IMG/VR virus record: IMGVR_UViG_3300009441_000021
Location: 1-31,780 of that record
From: a virus
Lineage: Duplodnaviria; Caudoviricetes
Reading direction: 5' to 3' (one strand)
Length of the DNA stretch: 31,780 nt
Under the pieces are notes generated by a model. That model was given only the letters and a program-made list of their open reading frames with translations. It ran no database searches and was not told where the DNA came from. Below are positions 8,073-16,342 of the stretch, one piece after another. A program made the translations under genes and the position numbers. How positions within the stretch are numbered: position 1 is the stretch's first letter; every line of letters starts with the position of its first letter.

Positions 8073-8957
8073 ATGGAGTTTAAATTATTTGCTAATAAAA
8101 AATTAAGTGAAGATAAAGATAAATTATTTTTAGCTCAGCCAACTATGTTGTTTGGAAGTTTAAATCCAAGCGATTATTTTATGATAGCTAAACATGTTGT
8201 GAAGATAGATGATCTTGTTAGGCCAGATAGAATATCGTTTGAACATTATGGTACAACAGCAGGTTTAGATATTATTCTAAAATTCAATGGTATTTCAGAT
8301 CCATTTTCTATTAATATAGACGATACGTTATGGATTCCTATGGATACAATTCCCTATTTTAAGTTAGAATCTCCATCAATGTTTGAAGATAATCCTATTA
8401 AGAATCAATTTATAAAAACTAAAAGATTAAGTAAAACTGATCAACGTAGATTAAAAGCACTTAAGAAAAAGTATAACAAGGAAAACTTATTACCACCTAA
8501 CGTCATACCTGTTGGTAGAAAAAATTATGAATTTGATGGAACTGACGTAAGATTGGGAATGCAAGCACAAACAGATCCTGTGGTTGCGTCAATTTTAAGT
8601 GACATGTTTCCAATTGATGACTTTAACGATTCTAAAAACGATAGAAAAGATGGAGCAGGTAATCTAACAATAGACACAACAGATAATTCACAACTAGAGA
8701 ATGACAACAACGGGAGTGGAAGCGGAGTAGGAATTAATTACGAAGATCAACTAGATAAGAACAACGGAAACCCTAGAACTGGAAGCGGGGCTGGTGGCGG
8801 AACTGGTAGTGGAACTGGTGGCGGAACTGGTTCAAACGCAGATGGTTCAAAAACTGACACTGCAGATGAAACTGGAGGAAATAAAGGAGATGGAACGTCG
8901 CAAGGAACCAGTGATAATAATCCTACTAATAATCCAGATGCACCTTGCTCTAAATAA
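8073..8957 (+). CDS. Baseplate wedge protein, T4 gp53-like (LysM-like) with Gly/Asn/Asp-rich tail
   Basis: HVVKIDDLVRPDRISFEHYG...IILKFNGISDPFSINIDDTLWIP matches the gp53/LysM signature (RPD.IS..YG....IL..N.I.DP). Confidence 0.8.
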   Translation: MEFKLFANKKLSEDKDKLFLAQPTMLFGSLNPSDYFMIAKHVVKIDDLVRPDRISFEHYGTTAGLDIILKFNGISDPFSINIDDTLWIPMDTIPYFKLESPSMFEDNPIKNQFIKTKRLSKTDQRRLKALKKKYNKENLLPPNVIPVGRKNYEFDGTDVRLGMQAQTDPVVASILSDMFPIDDFNDSKNDRKDGAGNLTIDTTDNSQLENDNNGSGSGVGINYEDQLDKNNGNPRTGSGAGGGTGSGTGGGTGSNADGSKTDTADETGGNKGDGTSQGTSDNNPTNNPDAPCSK

Positions 8958-8963
8958 TAATAT

Positions 8964-11051
8964 ATGGAATTATCAAATAACATATTAGCCGTAGTAGAAC
9001 CTGAAATTAGACCTACTGAGATAAAGATTGATGCTTTAGCTGAAGAAAAGAATGAAAAGAAGGAAGCTGGTGGAGATGACGCAGAAGAATCTAATTTCAA
9101 ACAAACCAGTGTGATTGCAACATTAACACCAATGGTGCTTATTAATGGATACCAATTTAAACCAAGCGATGTAGAATTTTTTGAATTAAACTTAACTGAA
9201 ATACTACCTACATGTAGGTTAACATTACGTGATCAAGAAGGTAAATTCGGAGTAGGAAGTATTCCACGTGATGGCGACTTTTTTACAATACTTATAAACT
9301 CTAAAAATCAAGAAACATTCAAATCAATCCACATGGACTTTGATATAGCTGAATGTGATTCTCCAAAAGAAGGTAATGTTGTTGATGCGACATATACTAT
9401 GTCAGGTTTTTGCAAAATACCTAGGATATATGCAGAAGATTGTAAAAGTTTTGGTGTTGCAAGTTCTTTAGACCATATGGAGCTGATAGCAAGAGATTTA
9501 CAATTAGGATTAGCAACTAATATAGACTCAACTGATGATGAACAAGACAGACTTATGTCATTTGAACCATATCTTGATTTTATTAAGAGCACTATTAAGG
9601 AGAGTTATATTGGTGAAGAATCCTTTCAGAAATTCTGGATAGATTCTTATTATTATATGAATTATGTAGACGTGAATGCTTTGTTCAATTCACCTAACCC
9701 ACCAATAGAAGAGTTTGCTGAGTCTTTGGCCTCAACTGTGGAATCGATGACTCCTAAAAGAGATGACGAAACAAATGCAGTAACAGGGAACGACATTGAA
9801 GTGCCTCTATTGTTAACTAATCATATTGCATTTATGGGAAATAGCGCATTTATAGAATCTAATAAGATTATAAATAATGCAAATGCAATCAGTACGACTG
9901 CTGGTTATGCCAGAGAAGTTACAATATATGATAATAATAGTGATAAAGCAGAGAGAAAACAAGAGTTTAGAATTGAACCATTAGGTGGAAACGATTTAAA
10001 AGAATTAGAAGAGCCACTGCGAGGTAATAGAAATGATACTAGACATGTTGATCAGATAAAATACAAATATATTGGAAGACAAGAAGCTGGAGCAGATGGT
10101 CTTGGTAATGTACACCCTAATGCAGCATTTTCCCAATTACATAATACTCAAAACGAACTAGAAACACAGAAAATGAAAGTAGAGGTAACTCTTAATTCAT
10201 TTAACCCATCATTATACAAGTATCAAAAGATTCCTGTATTAATGTATATTACCAATCCTAAAGCAATTCAACAAAACGAGAGAATTAAAGGTGATAAGAA
10301 AGAACTAGGAATGGATAAAGACGAGCCGTTTGCATTAGGTGAAGATACTGAAGGTATTGCGGAATCTGGCAAAGAATCTCCAAATCAAGCTTTAGATACA
10401 TTTTTGTCAGGCTATTACTTGATTGAAGACATTGTATATAGAACTGAAGAAGGTGAAACTAAACAAATAGTAACGCTTCTTAGAAGAGAATGGCCAACAA
10501 GAACTGAAAATTTAATTAATCCTCCAGGTTTTGAGGATGCAACCGACGAGGAAAAAGCTGACAATGTGGCTGAAAATAGTCCACCTGCAGATGAACCTGA
10601 ACCAACACCTGAACCAACTCCGGAACCAACACCTGAACCAACACCTGAACCGACTCCGGAGCCAACTCCAGAAGAGGAATTAGAAATAGACATAAACTTT
10701 GATTATACTACTGTTTATCAAGATGCCATCAGAAATGACGAGTATGCAATATTTGAAGGTACGTGGACTGCAAACAAAGATATTTTGTTTGATACTTGGG
10801 AAGCATACTTAGAAAATGATTATTGGTCTTTATCATTCTCTGCTAAATTCGGGTTTACAGTGAGAAAAGACGGAACTTGGAAATTAGATTTGAACATGTT
10901 CAAGGACGATCTTGATGATGAGAGCGATTCGAATGATGATGGAACTGTTACTTTCAATTATGAATTTGAAATGATAATAAAAGCAGAAGGTAAAACATTT
11001 AGTAAGAAGGCCCAAGTTACGGTTATTGATAGTCTTGATATACCTTCTTAA
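8964..11051 (+). CDS. Baseplate hub protein (T4 gp27/P2 gpD/VgrG-N-like) with PEPT linker and extra C-terminal domain
   Basis: LPTCRLTLRD near the N-terminus; KMKVEVTLNSFNPSL and LSGYYLIEDIVY...QIVTLLRREW typical of the hub C-terminal barrel; lies between gp53-like and spike genes. Confidence 0.65.
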   Translation: MELSNNILAVVEPEIRPTEIKIDALAEEKNEKKEAGGDDAEESNFKQTSVIATLTPMVLINGYQFKPSDVEFFELNLTEILPTCRLTLRDQEGKFGVGSIPRDGDFFTILINSKNQETFKSIHMDFDIAECDSPKEGNVVDATYTMSGFCKIPRIYAEDCKSFGVASSLDHMELIARDLQLGLATNIDSTDDEQDRLMSFEPYLDFIKSTIKESYIGEESFQKFWIDSYYYMNYVDVNALFNSPNPPIEEFAESLASTVESMTPKRDDETNAVTGNDIEVPLLLTNHIAFMGNSAFIESNKIINNANAISTTAGYAREVTIYDNNSDKAERKQEFRIEPLGGNDLKELEEPLRGNRNDTRHVDQIKYKYIGRQEAGADGLGNVHPNAAFSQLHNTQNELETQKMKVEVTLNSFNPSLYKYQKIPVLMYITNPKAIQQNERIKGDKKELGMDKDEPFALGEDTEGIAESGKESPNQALDTFLSGYYLIEDIVYRTEEGETKQIVTLLRREWPTRTENLINPPGFEDATDEEKADNVAENSPPADEPEPTPEPTPEPTPEPTPEPTPEPTPEEELEIDINFDYTTVYQDAIRNDEYAIFEGTWTANKDILFDTWEAYLENDYWSLSFSAKFGFTVRKDGTWKLDLNMFKDDLDDESDSNDDGTVTFNYEFEMIIKAEGKTFSKKAQVTVIDSLDIPS
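10596..10673 (+). repeat. 12-bp tandem repeat encoding (PEPT)x6
   Basis: CCTGAACCAACA-type units varying only at synonymous third positions. Confidence 0.95.
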
Positions 11052-11065
11052 GACAAAAAAATAAA

Positions 11066-11073
11066 GATAAATA
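11066..11073 (+). promoter_or_regulatory. Late-box variant GATAAATA
   Basis: Intergenic, one mismatch to both GATATATA and TATAAATA, but very close to the ATG at 11078. Confidence 0.4.
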
Positions 11074-11077
11074 ATAC

Positions 11078-12532
11078 ATGTCAGACTTTAAACATATTAA
11101 CGAGTTTAGAAAAGGTTCAATTTTAAGTAAGATCAGTGAAGATCCAACTTATTTGAGTTTCTTTATGATGTTTGATGCAATAGACAGAGAACATTCACCA
11201 TTATTATCAGGACCAGCGGAGGAATATCTTAGACAATTTGTTGATCCTCCTGGATCAACGTCTGACAAACCTGGAAAACATGTTGCAAACTTACGAGCTT
11301 TCAAAAAAGTGTTACTTAAGATCAATAAAGAACTTCCATGGTTTTGGCAGAAACTAAATGGCTTAGAAGCTACACAAGAATATAAAGACATGTCTGAGCC
11401 ATTTAATGGGGCAGAAAAACCAAAAATAGAAATTGAATGCCTAGAAGAGAATGTTGAATTAACAGCATTAGGTTTAATGCAGCTTTACAGAACTGCGGTA
11501 TATGATTATAACAGATTCGTAGAGGTTTTACCAAAAAATTTAAGACACTTTAGAGTTTGGATCGTTATGTCAGAGGTTAGAACATTTCAACAAAGTATTG
11601 GCGCTAGAGATTTTGGTTTATATGGTAATTCAACAACGGCTGCGTCTGTGACAACGCCTTCAGGTTTAAGTCAAATCAAATCAGCTTTGGGTAAAGGTAG
11701 TGAAACACAGATTAAGTCGGTACCTGGTGGATTTGACGAGCCATTAGTAAAAAATTATTCGGCTGAGGCGAAACCGCATGTTATGATAGAATTAGGTCAT
11801 TGTGAATGGGAAACTGATTCTATAAAAGAAATGTTTTCTGATTTAAATAAACAACCTGAACTTAGAAAACCTAAATTGAGCTTTTATTGGAACACATCTA
11901 GTATTACCAGTAATAAATTTGGACCTAACATCTCGAGTCCAGAAGCCTCACCACTAATGCCTACTTCAAAGAAAGATGATGAGTTATATCCCAATACTCC
12001 ATTTAATCCACTTGCGAATATTCAAAACGCAATTAGTGATAAAGTTAATGGAATAGCAGATGGTCTAGTAAATAGATTTAATAATCTAAAGAACAGTTTA
12101 CCGGGCCAGGGCAATAATCCAATGGGTAGAGTATATCCAGAAGGTTTAACTGGGGCTGCGGCTACATTGGCCGAAGCTGGAATGGATAAAGTTAAAGCTT
12201 TATTTATGGATAATGTTCATGGAGCTTCTGGAGCATTAGGAAGTTTAGGAGATATTAATTCTGCTTTAGAAGCTGGTAGTATCAATGGTATTATGAATTT
12301 AGCTGGTCAATTATTTAAACCTAAGCCAAATAAACCGGCTAATGGTAATATGTCTCCACATGGAATATATGATCCAGCAATTGACAGTTCACCTGATGGT
12401 TTTATTAATGAAAAGGTATATGATCCTATTGCACAACAATCAAATAGTCAAACAATATCACCTGGTAGAATTCATGAACCGGGAGTAGATAGTAGTCCAG
12501 ATAATAGTATTAATGATAATGTACACGAGTAA
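11078..12532 (+). CDS. Putative tail-tube-like baseplate protein (gp54/gp19-like N-terminal half)
   Basis: PWFWQKLNGL...KIEIECLEE...LMQLYRTAVYD resembles the tube-fold core; located between hub and spike; low-complexity repeated C-terminus. Confidence 0.45.
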   Translation: MSDFKHINEFRKGSILSKISEDPTYLSFFMMFDAIDREHSPLLSGPAEEYLRQFVDPPGSTSDKPGKHVANLRAFKKVLLKINKELPWFWQKLNGLEATQEYKDMSEPFNGAEKPKIEIECLEENVELTALGLMQLYRTAVYDYNRFVEVLPKNLRHFRVWIVMSEVRTFQQSIGARDFGLYGNSTTAASVTTPSGLSQIKSALGKGSETQIKSVPGGFDEPLVKNYSAEAKPHVMIELGHCEWETDSIKEMFSDLNKQPELRKPKLSFYWNTSSITSNKFGPNISSPEASPLMPTSKKDDELYPNTPFNPLANIQNAISDKVNGIADGLVNRFNNLKNSLPGQGNNPMGRVYPEGLTGAAATLAEAGMDKVKALFMDNVHGASGALGSLGDINSALEAGSINGIMNLAGQLFKPKPNKPANGNMSPHGIYDPAIDSSPDGFINEKVYDPIAQQSNSQTISPGRIHEPGVDSSPDNSINDNVHE

Positions 12533-13245
12533 TGGCAGATGAACTTTTTCAAGATAATTTAAGAGATTCACATTGGTTAGGAGAAGTCGTAGTAAACGAA
12601 GATCCTTTACTTAATGGTAGATGTCGTGTTAAAGTTTATGGTAAATTTGATAAACTTGAGAACGATTCAATTCCGTGGGCAACTCCCATGAATAGAGATG
12701 CAGTGGGTTCTCATCATGTACCAAGAGTTGGTGACATAGTTGCGGTTAGATTTGATAATGGTAACATATATCATCCAGAATATTGGTTTCAAATAGATCA
12801 AAATGACGATTTAAAAACAGATATATTGGAGGCATCTGATGCACCACAAGATGTTATAAGTTTAGTATATGATGCTGAACGAAATGTAAGAATATATCAT
12901 TCTCCCGAGGATGGTTTGGTTATCACTCGTGGTAGTGGAGCTAAGGAGAGACCAATGATACAAATAGACGAAGAAGGATTCATTAAGATAAGCACAGATG
13001 CGAAAATGTTCTTAGACTGTGGTGATATATTCGTTTCAAATGAAGGTGAACCAGGAGCAGATGAGACAGAACCAGCAGTTAGAGGTCAATCTCTACAAGA
13101 TTGGTTACAAATGTGGTTAGACGATTATAATGCACATATTCATCCAACGGGAGTTGGACCATCAGGACCACCGATGCCGCCTACACCTGTAACTGTAGGT
13201 AAACTATCAAGTACACATATTAACTATCAACAAAAAGGTAAATAA
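12532..13245 (+). CDS. Baseplate central spike (T4 gp5 OB-fold / P2 gpV-like) with HxH apex
   Basis: WLGEVVVNEDPLLNGRCRVKVYG...IPWA...VPRVGDIVAVRFDNG OB-fold signature; short beta-repeat region; C-terminal NAHIHPTGVGPSGPP. Confidence 0.9.
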   Translation: MADELFQDNLRDSHWLGEVVVNEDPLLNGRCRVKVYGKFDKLENDSIPWATPMNRDAVGSHHVPRVGDIVAVRFDNGNIYHPEYWFQIDQNDDLKTDILEASDAPQDVISLVYDAERNVRIYHSPEDGLVITRGSGAKERPMIQIDEEGFIKISTDAKMFLDCGDIFVSNEGEPGADETEPAVRGQSLQDWLQMWLDDYNAHIHPTGVGPSGPPMPPTPVTVGKLSSTHINYQQKGK

Positions 13246-13247
13246 TT

Positions 13248-14948
13248 ATGCCAGCAATGTGGCCAACATTTATACCAAATCTAGCCGGCGATATCGCAGG
13301 GCAATCTTTCACTAAACCTGGAGGTGCAATGGTATCTTATGAATTACCTAAAGTTGGAGTTGATCAAGTGCCTATTTTTCCACCATCTACCGATTTAATA
13401 AAATCAATAAAACCAGGTAATCCACTTAACGCTGCATTAACTACTGATCCTACTTCGATGATAAATGCAATTAATCTTGCGCCATTAAGTGGAAGATATG
13501 ATTTTGGTGTAAGAGTCGCTGAAAGATATCTCGAAGCTGTGAAGGGTTTGGCAATGACACCATTTGGTGCAACACATACAAATAATCCAGCGGCTGAATT
13601 TTTGTTGAAGCAGGGATACGGATTAGTTTTTGAAAGACTACTAAAAGAAGGTGATATTCCTTTACAAGATCAAAAGGATGAAGATGGAAACATAATAGAA
13701 ATGGGTAAAGAATCTCACCCTGATTATGCTGATTTTTGCCCAGATCCAGTTGAAACACCAGATCCCGTTGAAGAACAAAAGAAACTAGATAAGAAATTTA
13801 ATAAATTCGTAGATGACTATAAGAGTGATTCCTTGATGGATTTAAAAAAGTTTAGATTTTTTGAATTTCCATGTTTGAGTGGTAATGAGACGCAATCCGA
13901 ATTAGAGAATCTGTTTGCTGCTAGATTGATAGAACAATATAAGACATCTAATGACAAAGCTGAATTTAAATTATGGGCAGAATGTTTGGGCTCTAAAAAA
14001 TATAAAGATAGTACTTTATTAATAAGTGATAAACCATATCCTAATATTAGTACATCGACCAGAGCTGACATATCGTCTGCCGGTTATAACTGGCAATCTT
14101 TAGCGGATAATGTGAGTGATTTATTTATAGCGGGTATAGAAGGTAATGGTCCTACATTAGATTGTCCATTGAATGAATGGAAAATTCAAGTAGCGTATGA
14201 TTTTGACCATAATCCTCCTGAAAATCCAAGCAAAAGACCTAAGATATTAACGTCCAATGTGGTAGCTACTTTTAGTTGGTATCCTGGTTTGAGGCAAGGT
14301 TCTTTTGCTTATATTAATGGATCTGCAGTTACTGCACCTAAGTGGATAAAAACTCCAAATTGGATTGAAAATGTATATGAAGAAAACGAATGGGAAAATC
14401 ATTGGCGTAAAATTCCAAATGCAATGAGCAATGCTAGAACTCCCGAAGATGTGATTGACATAAACCCAACAGCTGGCGGAACTATATTTAAATTTCAAAG
14501 ACAACAAGTAATAGACGCTAAGACTGCTGCGGAAGAATGCGATGATGTAGAAGAAGATAGCAACATAGACTATACTTGGCCAGGCGGTGATCCATATGAA
14601 GAAATGGCAGAAGTAACGATTGCATATTGGTATGCTTGTATTGTGAAACCGTTTGCACCTACACCATCAGCTTTGCCAGCATTAATACCAGCGCCATTGA
14701 CTGGAATTTATATACCAATATACTATGGTGGTAAAAAAAGATTAGCTAAAAATCTTAGAAAGGCTTGGAACACTGGAAAAACATTTAGTGTTATTCCTGC
14801 TCCACAACCACCTGCATTTGCAGTTGCAACAGCAGTTGCTGCAGCTTACGCATTACATTTACTAGAATTTAAACTATTATACTTAGGAGGTATTCCCACA
14901 CCGGTCGGCCCAGTTCCTATGGTTGGTTTTGTACCTGTTGTGTTCTAA
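13248..14948 (+). CDS. Hypothetical, probably virion/spike-associated protein
   Basis: 2 nt after the spike gene; Pro-rich hydrophobic N- and C-terminal segments (…LGGIPTPVGPVPMVG) flanking a hydrophilic middle. Confidence 0.6.
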   Translation: MPAMWPTFIPNLAGDIAGQSFTKPGGAMVSYELPKVGVDQVPIFPPSTDLIKSIKPGNPLNAALTTDPTSMINAINLAPLSGRYDFGVRVAERYLEAVKGLAMTPFGATHTNNPAAEFLLKQGYGLVFERLLKEGDIPLQDQKDEDGNIIEMGKESHPDYADFCPDPVETPDPVEEQKKLDKKFNKFVDDYKSDSLMDLKKFRFFEFPCLSGNETQSELENLFAARLIEQYKTSNDKAEFKLWAECLGSKKYKDSTLLISDKPYPNISTSTRADISSAGYNWQSLADNVSDLFIAGIEGNGPTLDCPLNEWKIQVAYDFDHNPPENPSKRPKILTSNVVATFSWYPGLRQGSFAYINGSAVTAPKWIKTPNWIENVYEENEWENHWRKIPNAMSNARTPEDVIDINPTAGGTIFKFQRQQVIDAKTAAEECDDVEEDSNIDYTWPGGDPYEEMAEVTIAYWYACIVKPFAPTPSALPALIPAPLTGIYIPIYYGGKKRLAKNLRKAWNTGKTFSVIPAPQPPAFAVATAVAAAYALHLLEFKLLYLGGIPTPVGPVPMVGFVPVVF

Positions 14949-14958
14949 AAAATAATAG

Positions 14959-14966
14959 GATATATA
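14959..14966 (+). promoter_or_regulatory. Putative late-promoter box GATATATA upstream of the S1 gene
   Basis: Exact 8-mer in the 45-nt gap, beginning 35 nt before ATG 14994. Confidence 0.65.
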
Positions 14967-14993
14967 ATATGTTACACCTTTAATATAAAATAA

Positions 14994-16286
14994 ATGAACA
15001 ACGAAAAAAACAAAAGAATTAGAATTGGCGAAACCAAAACTAATCAAACACCAGTTGAAGAACTAGACACTATTGTTGAAAACTTAAAAAAAGAGGAAGA
15101 TTCTGGACCTGAAGGTGCAGAATTCTTTGATGAAGCCGGAGAATTTGATTGGGATGCATTTGAAGCTACTTGCCCATCAAGAACGCGAAAACACAATCCA
15201 CATATAAAGACACAGAATGGAGATAAAGTATTTTCTAGGGAAGTATATGCTCAAGAAATGTATGACATTCTTTCAGCACATGACGAATCATTAGGAAATG
15301 TTATAACTATTCTAAACCCAGGAGAAATCCATGAGGGTAAAATATACGCAGTTAGTTCTGAGTTTATTAGTGTAGATATAGGTTACAGAGAATTAATATA
15401 TGTAAAATATGATAAAGAACCTGTAGAAGTTCAGTCATTAAAACCAGGAGACGAGACTGCAGTATTAATTACTCAGCTAAGTAAAAACTCTCATGTACTA
15501 GGAAGTATTAATGGAGGTGTTAAACACAAAGTGTTTATGGATCTTAGAGAAGCTGTCGAATCAGGAGGAACTGCATGGATTGGTACAGTTACACATATGA
15601 TTGAAAACGGAGGTTACATGGTATTAGTACAAGGAATTGAGTGCTTTATGCCAGGATCACTTGCAGGAATTAATAAATTGCATGATTTTGGTTCTATTAT
15701 TGGAACAGAAATGTATGTGGTTCCGGTGAGTTTCTCACCAGACCGAGGTACATTGGTTGTTTCACACAGAAAATACTTACAAGCATTGATACCTAGTGAA
15801 TTAGAGTCATTAAAAGAAACACAAGGTGAAACTCTCACTGGAAATGTGACAGGTACTGCTAAATATGGTGTATTTGTAGAATTTAACAAGTGTTTAACTG
15901 GAATGATACATAATAATGATTTAGACGAAGACACATTAGTTAAATTTAAAGCTAGGGATATTAAACCAGGTGATGAAATTTCATTTATGGTTAAAGATAT
16001 TATTAGTAATACTAAAATTACACTAACACAAAAGGCCAATATAACTGTTAATCCTTGGTTAGACATTCAATCAAGATATCAGATTCCTTCTGTAATACAA
16101 GCAACTGTAAAGACTAAGAAAGATTACGGTTTGTTTATTACAATAGAAGAGGGTGTCACTGGGCTGCTACATGTCAGTGAATTAAGTGAAGAAGTAATGA
16201 GTGTATTTAAATCAGGAGATCCTATTACAGTACAGATTACTAGGATCGATGTTGACTCTATGAAAGTCTTCTTGAAAATGCCTTAA
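14994..16286 (+). CDS. rpsA: Phage-encoded ribosomal protein bS1 homolog (four S1/OB domains, D1-D4)
   Basis: Colinear with bacterial S1: D1 PGEIHEGKIYAVSSEFISVDIG; D2 GGYMVLVQGIECFMPGSL...LVVSHR; D3 GETLTGNVTGTAKYGVFVEF...GMIHNNDL; D4 NPWLDIQSRY...DYGLFITIEEGVTGLLHVSEL. N-terminal EFDWDAFE. Confidence 0.92.
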   Translation: MNNEKNKRIRIGETKTNQTPVEELDTIVENLKKEEDSGPEGAEFFDEAGEFDWDAFEATCPSRTRKHNPHIKTQNGDKVFSREVYAQEMYDILSAHDESLGNVITILNPGEIHEGKIYAVSSEFISVDIGYRELIYVKYDKEPVEVQSLKPGDETAVLITQLSKNSHVLGSINGGVKHKVFMDLREAVESGGTAWIGTVTHMIENGGYMVLVQGIECFMPGSLAGINKLHDFGSIIGTEMYVVPVSFSPDRGTLVVSHRKYLQALIPSELESLKETQGETLTGNVTGTAKYGVFVEFNKCLTGMIHNNDLDEDTLVKFKARDIKPGDEISFMVKDIISNTKITLTQKANITVNPWLDIQSRYQIPSVIQATVKTKKDYGLFITIEEGVTGLLHVSELSEEVMSVFKSGDPITVQITRIDVDSMKVFLKMP

Positions 16287-16307
16287 TAACTATTGCAACG
16301 AGAGCGT

Positions 16308-16315
16308 GATATATA
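16308..16315 (+). promoter_or_regulatory. Putative late-promoter box GATATATA in the 5' arm of a hairpin (16306-16333)
   Basis: Exact 8-mer beginning 35 nt before ATG 16343; GTGATAT pairs with ATATCAT (16327-16333). Confidence 0.6.
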
Positions 16316-16342
16316 TTGAAACGGTAATATCATAATCTTAAT

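Noticed and set aside
14994-16286. Host chromosomal rpsA, implying a bacterial or chimeric window
   Set aside because: Only four, strongly diverged S1 domains; no typical chromosomal neighbours such as cmk or ihfB; same composition and same upstream box as flanking phage genes.
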